64,000 bases of DNA from Cyanobacteria bacterium SOY_65_metabat_81 (GTDB lineage Bacteria; Cyanobacteriota; Cyanobacteriia; Pseudanabaenales; Pseudanabaenaceae): positions 35,224 to 99,223 of the forward strand of contig JANODY010000006.1 of the NCBI GenBank assembly GCA_031412945.1. Reading direction: 5' to 3'. The notes below the pieces were generated by a model. That model was not told where the DNA came from. It did no database searches and saw nothing but the letters and a program-made list of their open reading frames with translations. Positions within the stretch are counted from its first letter, which is position 1; each line of letters begins with the position of its first letter. Below, piece by piece: positions 9,273-19,157 of the stretch. The position numbers and the translations under genes are program-made.

Positions 9273-12101
9273 ATGCAAAACATCCTAGATCATATTCAAT
9301 GCGGAATCTTTGCGCTGACGATTGAGACAGATATCGATGTACTAAATATTAGTGATCCCAAATTTACATTACGGTTCGCGATCGCCAATACTGTCTTTGT
9401 ACATCTTGTTTTTGGAGAGCGTCTTGTCGATCAGACTGGAAATCTAATCGGGTTACAGCCCCATGAGTGCTTGCCTCTGGAATTTGCCCAATTATTAAAC
9501 ACAAATGTTAATAAATGTTTACAATCTCAACAGTGTGTTGAGTATGAAGCAAAGCTCGATCTGATCACTAATCGTCTTTTATCAGTTTCACTGTCGCTAA
9601 AGATTGATATCGATCATAATTCACTTCAAATTATTGGTACTTGTCAAGATATTACCAATTCATCGCTATCTAAATCTCAAGTCAAACATTTTAATAACCA
9701 TAAATTTAGTCGTCTAGTCAATGACATTTCAGACGCTGTGGTAGTGGTCGATGGCGATGGAGTTGTACGCTATGTCAACCAATCTGCCGAAAACATGTTT
9801 GGCTGTGCATCTGAAAAGATTCTCGGCGAGACTTTTGGATTGCCTGTGGTATCAGGCGAAAGTACGGATATTTCCATTCTTAATCGAGGTAAAACAACCT
9901 CAGCAGAAATGCGTGTATCGGAAACAATGGACGAAGATCGCATGGTCTATGTCGTCGCCTCGCTGCGTGATGTTTCCGAACGAAATCGGGTGGAAGAGTC
10001 TTTAAAATTACGCGATCGGGCGATCGCCGCTAGCTCTAATGGCATTGTTATTACCGATGCAACTAAACCCGAAAATCCAATAATCTATATAAATCCTAGT
10101 TTTGAACGAATCACAGGCTATGGGGCGGCGGAAGTGATTGGGCATGATTGTCGATTTTTGCAAGGGGGCGATCGCCATCAAAGCGGCGTTTTAGATTTAC
10201 ACAAAGCAATTGCAGAAAAGCGAGAATGTCATGCTGTTCTGCTCAACTATCGCAAAAATGGCGCACCATTTTGGAATGACTTGTACATTGCACCCGTATT
10301 TAATGATTATGGTGAACTCACAAATTATATTGGCATCCAAACTGATATTACTGAGCAAGTAAAATCGACTCAAAGATTAATTGAAAGCGAAGAATGCTTG
10401 CGTACAGTTTTAACCTCGATCAAAGAAGGTATTACCTTTAGCGATGATCGGGGCTATTTTGCTATCTTTAATACTGGGATGGAAAACTTAACTGGTTACA
10501 GTATTTCCGAAGCCAATTCTAGTCGAGATTTCGCAAACTTTTTATTTCCCGATCGCATTGAACATGACAAGTCTTTACAGCGATTGCAACAACTTCAAGA
10601 AACGGGGCGAGCCATGACTGTTGAAGCACATATTCGTCATAAAGATGGCACATTTAAAGATGTATTAGTTTTCACAAGACTGATGGCATACAAAGGTAAT
10701 CGGATGTATTTAAGTAGTTATTATGATATTACTGAAACAAAAAAAGTAGAAGCACAATTACGCTATCAAAATGAAAGAGAACGTTTGTTAAATGCAATAT
10801 TACTTAAAATTCAACGTGAACTAAATCTAGATCAAGTCCTATCAATTACCGTTAAAGAAGCTCAAGAATTATTACGCATCGATCGCGTAGTAATTTATCA
10901 GTTTCAAGAAGATTGGAGTGGTGTTTTTGTAGTTGAAGCAGTTAATGATCCATCATTAACAATCATTGGAAAAACAATTGGTGATAATTGCTTTAGAACA
11001 GATCATATTCAAAAATATCGAAACCAACCTGTTTCTAGTATAAATGATGTAAATGCTGTCGAATTAGATCCTTGCCACAAACTGCTTTTAGACCAATTTC
11101 AGGTTAAGGCAAACATTGTTGTTGCTATTTCATTTGGCAATACCCTATGGGGGTTATTAATTGCTCATCAATGCTTTGCTCCCCGTCAATGGGAAGAATT
11201 TGAAATAGATTTGTTGACCCAATTGGCTAATCATGTGGCGATCGCTATTCAACAAGCCAAGTTATTTGAACGAGTCCAAGAGCTTAATAAAAATCTAGAA
11301 CTACAAGTTGCCGATCGCACTCAACAATTAGAGCAAAGTTTAGGTCAGTTAGAGAGAGCTTTGCTCAAAGAAAAAGAATTGAATTCATTAAAATCTCAAT
11401 TTATTTCTAGAGCTTCCCACGAGTTTCGGACTCCACTTGCCACGATTCAATCGGCAAGTGACTTGCTCCGAAATTATGGACATAAGATGTCTGACAACAA
11501 AAAATTAGAAAAATTAGATAAAATCCAGCGCGAAGTTAAAGGAATGACCAACTTATTAGAGGAGGTTCTAGTTATTGGTAAAACTGAATCTGAGAAATTT
11601 AAATTACAGGAAGAAGAGATCGAAATTAATAGTTTCTGCCTAGAAATCATCGAACAAATTAAATTATTAGCAACTAATAAACATCAAGTTGTATTTAAAA
11701 ATATTAATGCTTTCTCTAAAATAGAGATTGACTCTAAGTTCTTTAGACAAATTATTTCTAACTTGTTATCTAATGCAATTAAATATTCCCCCAATGGCGG
11801 CGAAATCAATTTTAGAATTTCACAGACAAATGAGTCTATTCCTCATCTTTTGTTAGAATTTGTCGATCATGGAATCGGCATTCCCTTAGTTGATCAAGAA
11901 AAGATTTTTGATCATTTTTACCGCGCTCATAATGTGGGCGTAATTAGCGGCACTGGCTTAGGAATGGCGATCGTTAAAAATTCTATTGACATTCTTGGTG
12001 GATCAATTCAACTTGCGAGTGTTGAACATGAGGGGACAACTATCAGCGTGAGATTACCTTTAAGGCGATCGCCTAGCCATAGCGATTTGCGCCCTAATTA
12101 A
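9273..12101 (+). CDS. Multi-sensor histidine kinase: PAS, LOV, PAS, DXCF-type GAF, HisKA, HATPase
   Basis: LOV core IVITDA...NPIIYINPSFERITGY...GHDCRFLQG (Cys293). GAF with DNCF (Cys573) and DPCH (Cys601) then LWGLLIAHQC. H-box SHEFRTPL. G-boxes DHGIGI and GTGLGMAIV. Confidence 0.9.
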   Translation: MQNILDHIQCGIFALTIETDIDVLNISDPKFTLRFAIANTVFVHLVFGERLVDQTGNLIGLQPHECLPLEFAQLLNTNVNKCLQSQQCVEYEAKLDLITNRLLSVSLSLKIDIDHNSLQIIGTCQDITNSSLSKSQVKHFNNHKFSRLVNDISDAVVVVDGDGVVRYVNQSAENMFGCASEKILGETFGLPVVSGESTDISILNRGKTTSAEMRVSETMDEDRMVYVVASLRDVSERNRVEESLKLRDRAIAASSNGIVITDATKPENPIIYINPSFERITGYGAAEVIGHDCRFLQGGDRHQSGVLDLHKAIAEKRECHAVLLNYRKNGAPFWNDLYIAPVFNDYGELTNYIGIQTDITEQVKSTQRLIESEECLRTVLTSIKEGITFSDDRGYFAIFNTGMENLTGYSISEANSSRDFANFLFPDRIEHDKSLQRLQQLQETGRAMTVEAHIRHKDGTFKDVLVFTRLMAYKGNRMYLSSYYDITETKKVEAQLRYQNERERLLNAILLKIQRELNLDQVLSITVKEAQELLRIDRVVIYQFQEDWSGVFVVEAVNDPSLTIIGKTIGDNCFRTDHIQKYRNQPVSSINDVNAVELDPCHKLLLDQFQVKANIVVAISFGNTLWGLLIAHQCFAPRQWEEFEIDLLTQLANHVAIAIQQAKLFERVQELNKNLELQVADRTQQLEQSLGQLERALLKEKELNSLKSQFISRASHEFRTPLATIQSASDLLRNYGHKMSDNKKLEKLDKIQREVKGMTNLLEEVLVIGKTESEKFKLQEEEIEINSFCLEIIEQIKLLATNKHQVVFKNINAFSKIEIDSKFFRQIISNLLSNAIKYSPNGGEINFRISQTNESIPHLLLEFVDHGIGIPLVDQEKIFDHFYRAHNVGVISGTGLGMAIVKNSIDILGGSIQLASVEHEGTTISVRLPLRRSPSHSDLRPN

Positions 12102-12184
12102 AACCAAAATTGGTTTCAAAATCAGAATTACTGGTAAAATCGTATCTTGCTAAATTGATGCCTAAAGTTTGATGACCAAAGTTG

Positions 12185-13717
12185 ATGACCAAAGTTAATG
12201 ACACTGTGCAATTTGATTATTTAGAACGAATCCTTAAAGCTCGCGTGTATGATGTCGCGCAAGAAACCCCGTTAGAATTAGCTCCCAACCTTTCAGCCAG
12301 ATTAAATAATCAAATCTTGCTGAAAAGAGAAGACATGCAATCGGTTTTCTCTTTTAAACTGCGTGGGGCCTATAACAAAATGGTGCAACTTGCGCCCGAT
12401 CTGCTCGCCAAAGGAGTCATTGCCGCCTCGGCGGGAAATCATGCTCAAGGGGTCGCACTTAGCGCTCGCGAATTAGGCACAACCGCAATTATCGTCATGC
12501 CTGTAACGACTCCACTGATGAAGGTAAACGCCGTAAAAATGCGCGGTGGAGAAGTGGTTTTACATGGCGACACTTATGATGATGCTTACGCCTATGCGCG
12601 TCAACTTGAAACCGAGCAGAATCTTACCTTTATCCATCCATTTGATGATCCTGATGTGATTGCAGGTCAAGGAACGATTGGCATGGAGATTTTGCGTCAA
12701 TATCAAAAGCCAATCCATGCAATTTTTATTGCGATCGGTGGTGGTGGTCTCATTTCTGGAGTCGCCGCCTATGTAAAGCGTTTGTGTCCTGAGATTAAAA
12801 TTATTGGTGTAGAACCAGTAGATTCGGATGCGATGTCCCGATCGCTAAAAGCAGGACATCGAGTACGTCTTGAGCAAGTCGGGCTGTTTGCCGATGGTGT
12901 GGCGGTGCGCGAAGTTGGTCAAGAAACATTTCGGCTCTGTCAGCAATATGTCGATGAGATTTTGCTAGTTGATACTGATAATATTTGCGCGGCAATTAAA
13001 GATGTATTTGAAGACACGCGCTCCATTTTAGAACCTGCTGGAGCGTTGGCGATCGCAGGGGCAAAAGCCTATGTAGAGCGAGAAAATCTCACAGGACAAA
13101 CGCTAGTGGCGATCGCCTGCGGGGCAAATATGAACTTCGATCGCTTACGATTTGTGGCTGAACGCGCCGAACTAGGTGAACATCGCGAAGCTATTTTTGC
13201 GGTGACAATTCCTGAACAGACGGGGAGTTTGCGGAAGTTTTGTGAACTCATGCGCGATCGCAATCTCACCGAATTTAGTTATCGAATTGCAGATCAGGCG
13301 ATCGCCCATATTTTTATTGGTGTCCAAATCGCCAATCGTGCTGATGCGGTTGTTTTAGCTGATACTTTTGCTCAAAATGAATTTACGGCGATCGATATCA
13401 CTGACGATGAACTCACCAAGCTCCATTTGCGGCACATGGTCGGCGGGCGATCGCCCCTCGCCCATAACGAACTGCTCTATCGCTTCGAGTTTCCTGAACG
13501 TCCGGGCGCATTAATGAAATTCGTTGGCTCTATGAGTCCTAATTGGAACATTAGCCTATTCCATTATCGCAATAATGGCGCTGACTATGGGCGAATTGTC
13601 GTTGGAGTCCAAGTGCCACCAACCGAAATGGAAGAATGGCAAGCATTTCTCGATACTCTCGGCTATCGCTATTGGGATGAAAGTCAGAACCCCGTCTACA
13701 AACTATTTCTGGGTTGA
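12185..13717 (+). CDS. ilvA: Biosynthetic threonine ammonia-lyase (threonine deaminase)
   Basis: PLP lysine motif SFKLRGAYN, glycine loop GGGGLISG, and two C-terminal ACT-like regulatory repeats. Confidence 0.93.
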   Translation: MTKVNDTVQFDYLERILKARVYDVAQETPLELAPNLSARLNNQILLKREDMQSVFSFKLRGAYNKMVQLAPDLLAKGVIAASAGNHAQGVALSARELGTTAIIVMPVTTPLMKVNAVKMRGGEVVLHGDTYDDAYAYARQLETEQNLTFIHPFDDPDVIAGQGTIGMEILRQYQKPIHAIFIAIGGGGLISGVAAYVKRLCPEIKIIGVEPVDSDAMSRSLKAGHRVRLEQVGLFADGVAVREVGQETFRLCQQYVDEILLVDTDNICAAIKDVFEDTRSILEPAGALAIAGAKAYVERENLTGQTLVAIACGANMNFDRLRFVAERAELGEHREAIFAVTIPEQTGSLRKFCELMRDRNLTEFSYRIADQAIAHIFIGVQIANRADAVVLADTFAQNEFTAIDITDDELTKLHLRHMVGGRSPLAHNELLYRFEFPERPGALMKFVGSMSPNWNISLFHYRNNGADYGRIVVGVQVPPTEMEEWQAFLDTLGYRYWDESQNPVYKLFLG

Positions 13718-13856
13718 GTAGAGCAGTTGAGTAGAGCAGTTTTTAAAAAATTGCTTGGTTTTAAGCGGATTGACTGACAAATCTCCCCAAAAAGCAGGCA
13801 GGATGCCTGCGCTACAGGGATTTCAAACACTTTTATCAGTCAATCAGGATCGCAAG

Positions 13857-14300
13857 TCACTGTTTGGCAAAATCTTTCTCGGCATAAACCCGAAATCTAT
13901 CTAAATCAGCTTGAAGTGTGGATTCTACAATTTGCCCCAAAAATAAATTATCCATAAGCTGCCCGATCGCAGGAATTGCATAGGAAATGCTCAACTTCAC
14001 GATAGTCATATTATTAGGACGACCGTAAAATCTCACCGCGCCGCGATTGGGCAGTCCACTAACTGACTCCCACTGAATAATTTGATTGGGAATTTGTTTA
14101 AGAATCCTAGATTTCCAAGTAAAAGTTAGCCCTGAAGTGCCAAGCTTCCAAGCAGATACTTCAGGATCGGAAGTGATCACCACAGAGTCAATCCACTTCA
14201 TCCAACGGGGCATCGCCTGTAAGTCTGACCACAATGACCACGCATATTCCACGGGAATAGTTACTTCAGTTTGGACGGTATGTTCTAGCCAATCGCTCAT
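13857..14300 (-). CDS. SRPBCC (cyclase/dehydrase) family protein
   Basis: 147 aa with a typical N-terminus ...VEYAWSLWSDLQAMPRWMKWIDSV. Confidence 0.8.
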   Translation of the reverse strand: MSDWLEHTVQTEVTIPVEYAWSLWSDLQAMPRWMKWIDSVVITSDPEVSAWKLGTSGLTFTWKSRILKQIPNQIIQWESVSGLPNRGAVRFYGRPNNMTIVKLSISYAIPAIGQLMDNLFLGQIVESTLQADLDRFRVYAEKDFAKQ

Positions 14301-14573
14301 TGAATAATGGTTACTAATTTTGCTTGATGTATTGATATACAGGCGGCGCTTTGCACTTTCTTAAAACCCAATAAGTTTCTCGAAACGCTTGCTAAGCAAT
14401 TCTTTTAAGAAACTCAATTAATGCTAATACTATAGCAAACTCTAATAGTCAAGCCCCACCCAATTAATAATCAACCTGACTTCATAGATCTGAGAATGAT
14501 CTAGACTAAATGACAACAATCGTAATAAACTGTAGGTTACGTTATAGCTAGTTGACCGCTGGAAGAGTTTGTT

Positions 14574-15599
14574 GTGGGTTTATTACGCCATTTTACGAAA
14601 GACATCGGCATTGATCTTGGTACTGCCAACACACTGATTTATGTGTCTGGGGAAGGCATTGTCTTGCAAGAACCATCAGTTGTAGCGATCGATCAAAGAG
14701 ACAAGACTGCTTATGCAGTTGGAGATGAAGCCAACAAAATGATCGGACGCACACCTGGTGACATTATTGCGGTGCGCCCCCTCAAAGATGGTGTGATTGC
14801 TGACTTTGACTCTGCGGAGTTAATGTTGCGTTCCTTTATTCAAAAAGTCAAAAAAGGTGTTTTTAATCCTCGCATCGCGATCGGTATTCCTAGCGGTGTC
14901 ACAGGCGTAGAATGGAGAGCAGTTATGGATGCTGCCCGTCGTGCTGGCGCTAGCGAAGTTTATCCGATTGATGAACCGATCGCTGCGGCGATCGGGGCAG
15001 GACTGCCTGTGACCGAAGCCACAGGCAACATGATCATTGATATTGGCGGTGGCACGACCGAAGTCGCGGTCATGAGTTTGCAGGGGATCGTGTTGAGCGA
15101 GTCTGTGCGCGTCGCGGGTGATGAACTCAGCGAAGCCATCATGAAGTACATGAAAACTGTACATAATTTGGTTGTGGGTGAACGGACTTCTGAAGAAATT
15201 AAAATCAAAATTGGTTCAGCTTATCCAATTAAAGAAGAGATTTCTATGGAAGTAAGAGGGTTGCACCTGCTATCTGGCTTACCTCGCACCGTTACCGTAA
15301 AATCTTCTGAGATTCGCGAAAGCATGAGTGAGCCGCTATCAGTGATTATTGAAGCCGTAAAGCGCACTCTAGAACGCACTCCTCCTGAACTTGCGGCTGA
15401 TATCATCGATCGCGGAATCATGTTAGCGGGTGGTGGAGCATTGCTCAATGGGATTGACACACTGATCAGTCATGAGACAGGCATTGTGACTCACATTGCG
15501 CCAGCGCCACTGCATTGCGTCGTCATCGGCGCTGGTCGCGTACTTGAAGATTATAAAAATCTTGGTCGAGTGCTGACTAGCCGATTGAAAAATTTATAG
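14574..15599 (+). CDS. mreB: Rod shape-determining protein MreB
   Basis: GTG start preceded by GGAAGAG. Contains DIGIDLGTANT and IDIGGGTTEVAV. Confidence 0.95.
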   Translation: MGLLRHFTKDIGIDLGTANTLIYVSGEGIVLQEPSVVAIDQRDKTAYAVGDEANKMIGRTPGDIIAVRPLKDGVIADFDSAELMLRSFIQKVKKGVFNPRIAIGIPSGVTGVEWRAVMDAARRAGASEVYPIDEPIAAAIGAGLPVTEATGNMIIDIGGGTTEVAVMSLQGIVLSESVRVAGDELSEAIMKYMKTVHNLVVGERTSEEIKIKIGSAYPIKEEISMEVRGLHLLSGLPRTVTVKSSEIRESMSEPLSVIIEAVKRTLERTPPELAADIIDRGIMLAGGGALLNGIDTLISHETGIVTHIAPAPLHCVVIGAGRVLEDYKNLGRVLTSRLKNL

Positions 15600-15610
15600 G
15601 TTAATTTTTC

Positions 15611-16357
15611 ATGAACTCAATTCGTAGTTGGTGGGAGCGTTATAGCTTTCAGACGGCTGTTGTCACGGCTGGGATTGGTCTGGCTTGGTTTATCCGCCAA
15701 ACTCAGGGGGTAGCAGTCATGGAGACTTATCAATTTTTAAGTCGTCCTTTTCAAGCCACTGTATCTAAGCAAGAGTTATTACAAGATGCTCAAGTGCGAG
15801 AATTGCGTTATCGATTGACTGAGCTAGAGTCTCAGAATCAGCAGATGAAAAACCTATTGAAGGTGAAAGTCGCCCCGACTGACGATGGCGTTTGGGCTGT
15901 GGTAATTGGTCGTGGTGCTGATTCTTGGTGGAATCAAATGCTAATTGGTAAGGGTAACAATGATGGCATTAAGGCTGGTTCTGTTGTGGTGGCCTCTGGG
16001 GGATTGGTTGGTCGGGTGACGCATGTTTCACCTAATAGCAGTCAGATTTTGCTAATCAGCGATCCGAATAGTCAAGTTGGGGTTGTTGTTAGCCGAAGCC
16101 GCTATAGCGGGATGCTGAAAGGACAAAGCCAAAATACGGCGACATTAGAGTTTTTTGAGCGAGATGCTGATGTGAGAGTGGGTGACATTGTGCAAACTTC
16201 GCAGTTTAGTACGCTGTTTCCTGAAAATGTGCCTGTGGGTCGAATTAAATCGATCAATCTTGATAAGCAGCCATCTCCTGAAGCGATCGTAGAGTTTTCG
16301 ACTCCGCTCGGTTTATTGGAATATGTAAAAGTATATTCTTTTCAAGAAAAGCGTTAA
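15611..16357 (+). CDS. mreC: Rod shape-determining protein MreC
   Basis: Lies 11 nt after mreB. Has an N-terminal TM segment, a coiled coil, and beta-barrel motifs GLVGRVTHV and PVGRI. Confidence 0.9.
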   Translation: MNSIRSWWERYSFQTAVVTAGIGLAWFIRQTQGVAVMETYQFLSRPFQATVSKQELLQDAQVRELRYRLTELESQNQQMKNLLKVKVAPTDDGVWAVVIGRGADSWWNQMLIGKGNNDGIKAGSVVVASGGLVGRVTHVSPNSSQILLISDPNSQVGVVVSRSRYSGMLKGQSQNTATLEFFERDADVRVGDIVQTSQFSTLFPENVPVGRIKSINLDKQPSPEAIVEFSTPLGLLEYVKVYSFQEKR

Positions 16358-16381
16358 AAATCAATTAACTAAGTTTTTTAA

Positions 16382-16921
16382 ATGCGCGATCGCCAAATTT
16401 CCTTAAAGCTTTTAAATTGGGCAGTAACAATTGGCTCAGTCTTAGTCTGCATCTTGGCGATGTATACCAGATTTGCTGGCATGACCTTAATGGGGCTTGC
16501 CCCAAATTGGTTGTTGATTTGGCTAGTGGCTTGGAGTGTTAATCGTCCTGTTTTTTTGGCGGTGATGACGGGGATCGCCCTCGGTTTGGTACAGGATGGC
16601 ATGACGATTGTGGATATGAGGGCGGCTCCAACTCATGCCTTAGGATTGGCGATCGCGGGTGGGCTAACCTCGCTTTTACAAAAGCAAAAATATGTACAAG
16701 AGGATTTCATATCTATTGCTTTAATCGTGTTTGGGATGTCAGTAATTGTTGAGACGATGCATGCCGTCCAACTGACTTTTATGGGATCTGCCATGAATAA
16801 TGTTTGGACTTTGCAACAGCGCATTGCTCTAAGTTCGGCAATTTTGAGCAGTTTATGGTCACCTGTGATTTATTTTCCACTTAGTCTTTGGTGGCGATCG
16901 CTAGAAAAAAAAGAAGATTAG
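16382..16921 (+). CDS. mreD: Rod shape-determining protein MreD
   Basis: Third gene of the mreBCD operon; a polytopic membrane protein of 179 aa. Confidence 0.85.
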   Translation: MRDRQISLKLLNWAVTIGSVLVCILAMYTRFAGMTLMGLAPNWLLIWLVAWSVNRPVFLAVMTGIALGLVQDGMTIVDMRAAPTHALGLAIAGGLTSLLQKQKYVQEDFISIALIVFGMSVIVETMHAVQLTFMGSAMNNVWTLQQRIALSSAILSSLWSPVIYFPLSLWWRSLEKKED

Positions 16922-16924
16922 ATC

Positions 16925-16965
16925 AAATATAAAAAAGTGGCGCAAAGCGCCGCTTGTTTATATTT
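16925..16965. terminator. Bidirectional terminator
   Basis: AAATATAAA...GTGGCGC-AAA-GCGCCGC...TTTATATTT, a nested hairpin between mreD and the convergent nuclease gene. Confidence 0.7.
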
Positions 16966-16978
16966 GGTTTTAAAAAAT

Positions 16979-17476
16979 TTAATTGTTTTCGAGTCCACTT
17001 TGTTTGACTAATTCATTTGGCGTGAGTTTTGATAAAAAATTACGAAAAGCCTTTCTCTCGGCTTCGTCGGCATCTTGATCGACAGGAATTGAAGCCTCTA
17101 AGATAACCTCTTCCATCACCCAGATAGGACACTTCGCCCTCACCGCGATCGCGATCGCATCACTAGGACGAGCATCCATCTCTTTTTTTACATCTCCTTG
17201 CGAGAGAGTGATTACCGCATAAAAAGTACTATTTTTGAGGGCATGAACCACAATACGCTCGACAGTTATGCCCCATGTGTCCAAAAAATTAAGCATCAGA
17301 TCATGGGTCATTGGACGCTCTAGGGGGCGGCCGTCTAATGCCCCGATGATCGCCTTGGCTTCAGCTTCACCAATCCAGATCGGTAAGGCTCTCCGTTCTG
17401 AAGTGTCTCGCAGTAAGACGATAGGGTTACGGCTAACAGCGTCAATAGCAATTCCAGCCACTTTCATTTCGATCAT
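16979..17476 (-). CDS. Bifunctional nuclease (BFN/DUF151) family protein
   Basis: MKVAGIAIDAVSRNPIVLLRD...RALPIWIGEAEAKAI...RPMTHDL. Confidence 0.8.
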   Translation of the reverse strand: MIEMKVAGIAIDAVSRNPIVLLRDTSERRALPIWIGEAEAKAIIGALDGRPLERPMTHDLMLNFLDTWGITVERIVVHALKNSTFYAVITLSQGDVKKEMDARPSDAIAIAVRAKCPIWVMEEVILEASIPVDQDADEAERKAFRNFLSKLTPNELVKQSGLENN

Positions 17477-17718
17477 CGTTTGCTAGCCTTCCTCAAGAAA
17501 TGAGCGCAATTGACACTCTCACAAATCAAAGCTCTTGGTTTGATATTGATAATTTTTAAAGATAATCAATATTCAACTAGCAAGGATTTTATCGCTAGAG
17601 AGGCTTTTATGCACTATTATATCACCGTCGCGATGTGGGTCTGGCTTCTAGTCTTGTTTTTACTATGGGTTTTAGATTCAGAGAAAAGCTTCAAGTTTCT
17701 TCAGTAATTAGCTAAAAA

Positions 17719-18645
17719 ATGAAATCTGACTTAAAAAATGTGACGATCGTGGGATCGGGGGCGTGGGGATCGGCGCTAGCAGCGTTAGTCCAAACCAATC
17801 AACACCATGTGCAGATCTGGTCGCGCCAAAGTCCATTGGCTCTGGCTGAAATGGTGAGCAATAGCGATGCGATCATCTCAGCCGTCTCAATCAAAGGCGT
17901 GAGGGCGATCGCCGAGCAATTACAAACTGCCAAATTGCTGCCCCATGCTGTTTTGGTTAGTGCTACCAAGGGGCTAGAGCCGATCACAGGTCAGACACCA
18001 TCACAAATTTGGCGATCGCTGATTCCTGAGCATCCGTTGGTAGTTTTGTCGGGACCAAATCTATCGAAGGAGATTATGGCTGGCAAACCTGCGGCGACAG
18101 TTGTGGCTAGTACCGATGAGCCAGCCGCTCAATTTATTCAAAATATTTTTGCCTCAAGAAACTTTCGGGTTTACACAAATTCTGATCCGATTGGGGTGGA
18201 GTTGGGCGGCACTCTCAAAAACGTGATCGCGATCGCCGTTGGTGCTTGTGATGGATTAGATCTAGGTACAAATGCTAAATCAGCTTTAATTACGCGATCG
18301 CTAATTGAGATTATTCGGGTTGGTGTTTATTTTGGGGCGCAACCTGAAACTTTTTGGGGCTTATCTGGCTTGGGCGATTTGTTAGCAACTTGCAATAGCA
18401 GTCTCAGTCGTAACTATCAAATTGGTTATGCGATCGCGCAGGGGCATAGTCTAGAATCGGCGATCGCCATTGTCCAAGGGACGGCTGAGGGCGTAAATAC
18501 GGCTAATGTCTTAATCGAAATCAGCGATCGCCAAAAAATTAGTGTGCCTGTGTCACGCTATGTGTATCGGCTACTCAAAGGCGAGCTTACTTTACAGCAA
18601 GCCGTTGAAGGGCTAATGGAACGCGATTTAAAAGCAGAAAACTAA
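17719..18645 (+). CDS. gpsA: NAD(P)H-dependent glycerol-3-phosphate dehydrogenase
   Basis: VTIVGSGAWGSALA Rossmann motif, GPNLSKEI, GTLKNVIAIA. Confidence 0.92.
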   Translation: MKSDLKNVTIVGSGAWGSALAALVQTNQHHVQIWSRQSPLALAEMVSNSDAIISAVSIKGVRAIAEQLQTAKLLPHAVLVSATKGLEPITGQTPSQIWRSLIPEHPLVVLSGPNLSKEIMAGKPAATVVASTDEPAAQFIQNIFASRNFRVYTNSDPIGVELGGTLKNVIAIAVGACDGLDLGTNAKSALITRSLIEIIRVGVYFGAQPETFWGLSGLGDLLATCNSSLSRNYQIGYAIAQGHSLESAIAIVQGTAEGVNTANVLIEISDRQKISVPVSRYVYRLLKGELTLQQAVEGLMERDLKAEN

Positions 18646-18741
18646 CAATGGATTAAAACCTATTGTTAAGTACATCGCTTTGCGCTTATATAAAACCCAA
18701 AGGATTTGCTATTGAGCAGGTTTTTCTAAAGTACTCAAAAG

Positions 18742-18768
18742 AAAAAGCCTCGCTTTGCGAGGCTTTTT
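18742..18768. terminator. Bidirectional terminator
   Basis: AAAAAGCCTCGC-TTTG-CGAGGCTTTTT. Confidence 0.7.
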
Positions 18769-18787
18769 CTTTTACGAAATTAGAATA

Positions 18788-19129
18788 TTAGTGATGCGCG
18801 GCTTCAATTTCTCTCAAAACATCCTCAAAGATTCTTCTTAAAATTATTTTCTCAGTAACAAACAAATGCGGAACTTCATCTGGGATATTTAAAGACTGAT
18901 GATCTAAAGTCAGACAATTTTCGCCATCATCCATCAACCATTCAACATGCAACAATTCGTCACAATTCCCCAAGGCACTTTGACACTCTTCTCGAAATTC
19001 AAGAGCTATCTCCGACTGATATCCATCAACTGGAATTAGCGCTGTAAGCTTGGCGTGGTAACGAAGATCAAAATCAACAACGTATTGAAGATTGTGTAAA
19101 GCTTGTTCTACTTGGGCGTAAGTCAACAT
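18788..19129 (-). CDS. Hypothetical protein (113 aa after trimming the start)
   Basis: The first 43 codons of the track ORF (to 19258) read through MITE copy A1. ATG at 19127-19129 (MLTYAQVEQ...) is the first start outside the repeat. Confidence 0.55.
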   Translation of the reverse strand: MLTYAQVEQALHNLQYVVDFDLRYHAKLTALIPVDGYQSEIALEFREECQSALGNCDELLHVEWLMDDGENCLTLDHQSLNIPDEVPHLFVTEKIILRRIFEDVLREIEAAHH

Positions 19130-19157
19130 TTTGGCTGGATCTATAAATTTGTCTATT

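Noticed and set aside
9080-9283. 67-aa minus-strand ORF upstream of the HMA gene.
   Set aside because: It overlaps the HMA gene start and the promoter region of the sensor kinase, it is AT-rich low-complexity sequence, and no motif was recognised.
17510-17707. 65-aa plus-strand ORF between the nuclease gene and gpsA, with a hydrophobic C-terminal half.
   Set aside because: It uses a non-ATG start, has no recognisable family motif and no convincing RBS. A 32-aa membrane peptide from the internal ATG (MHYYITVAMW...) cannot be excluded, but it is unsupported.
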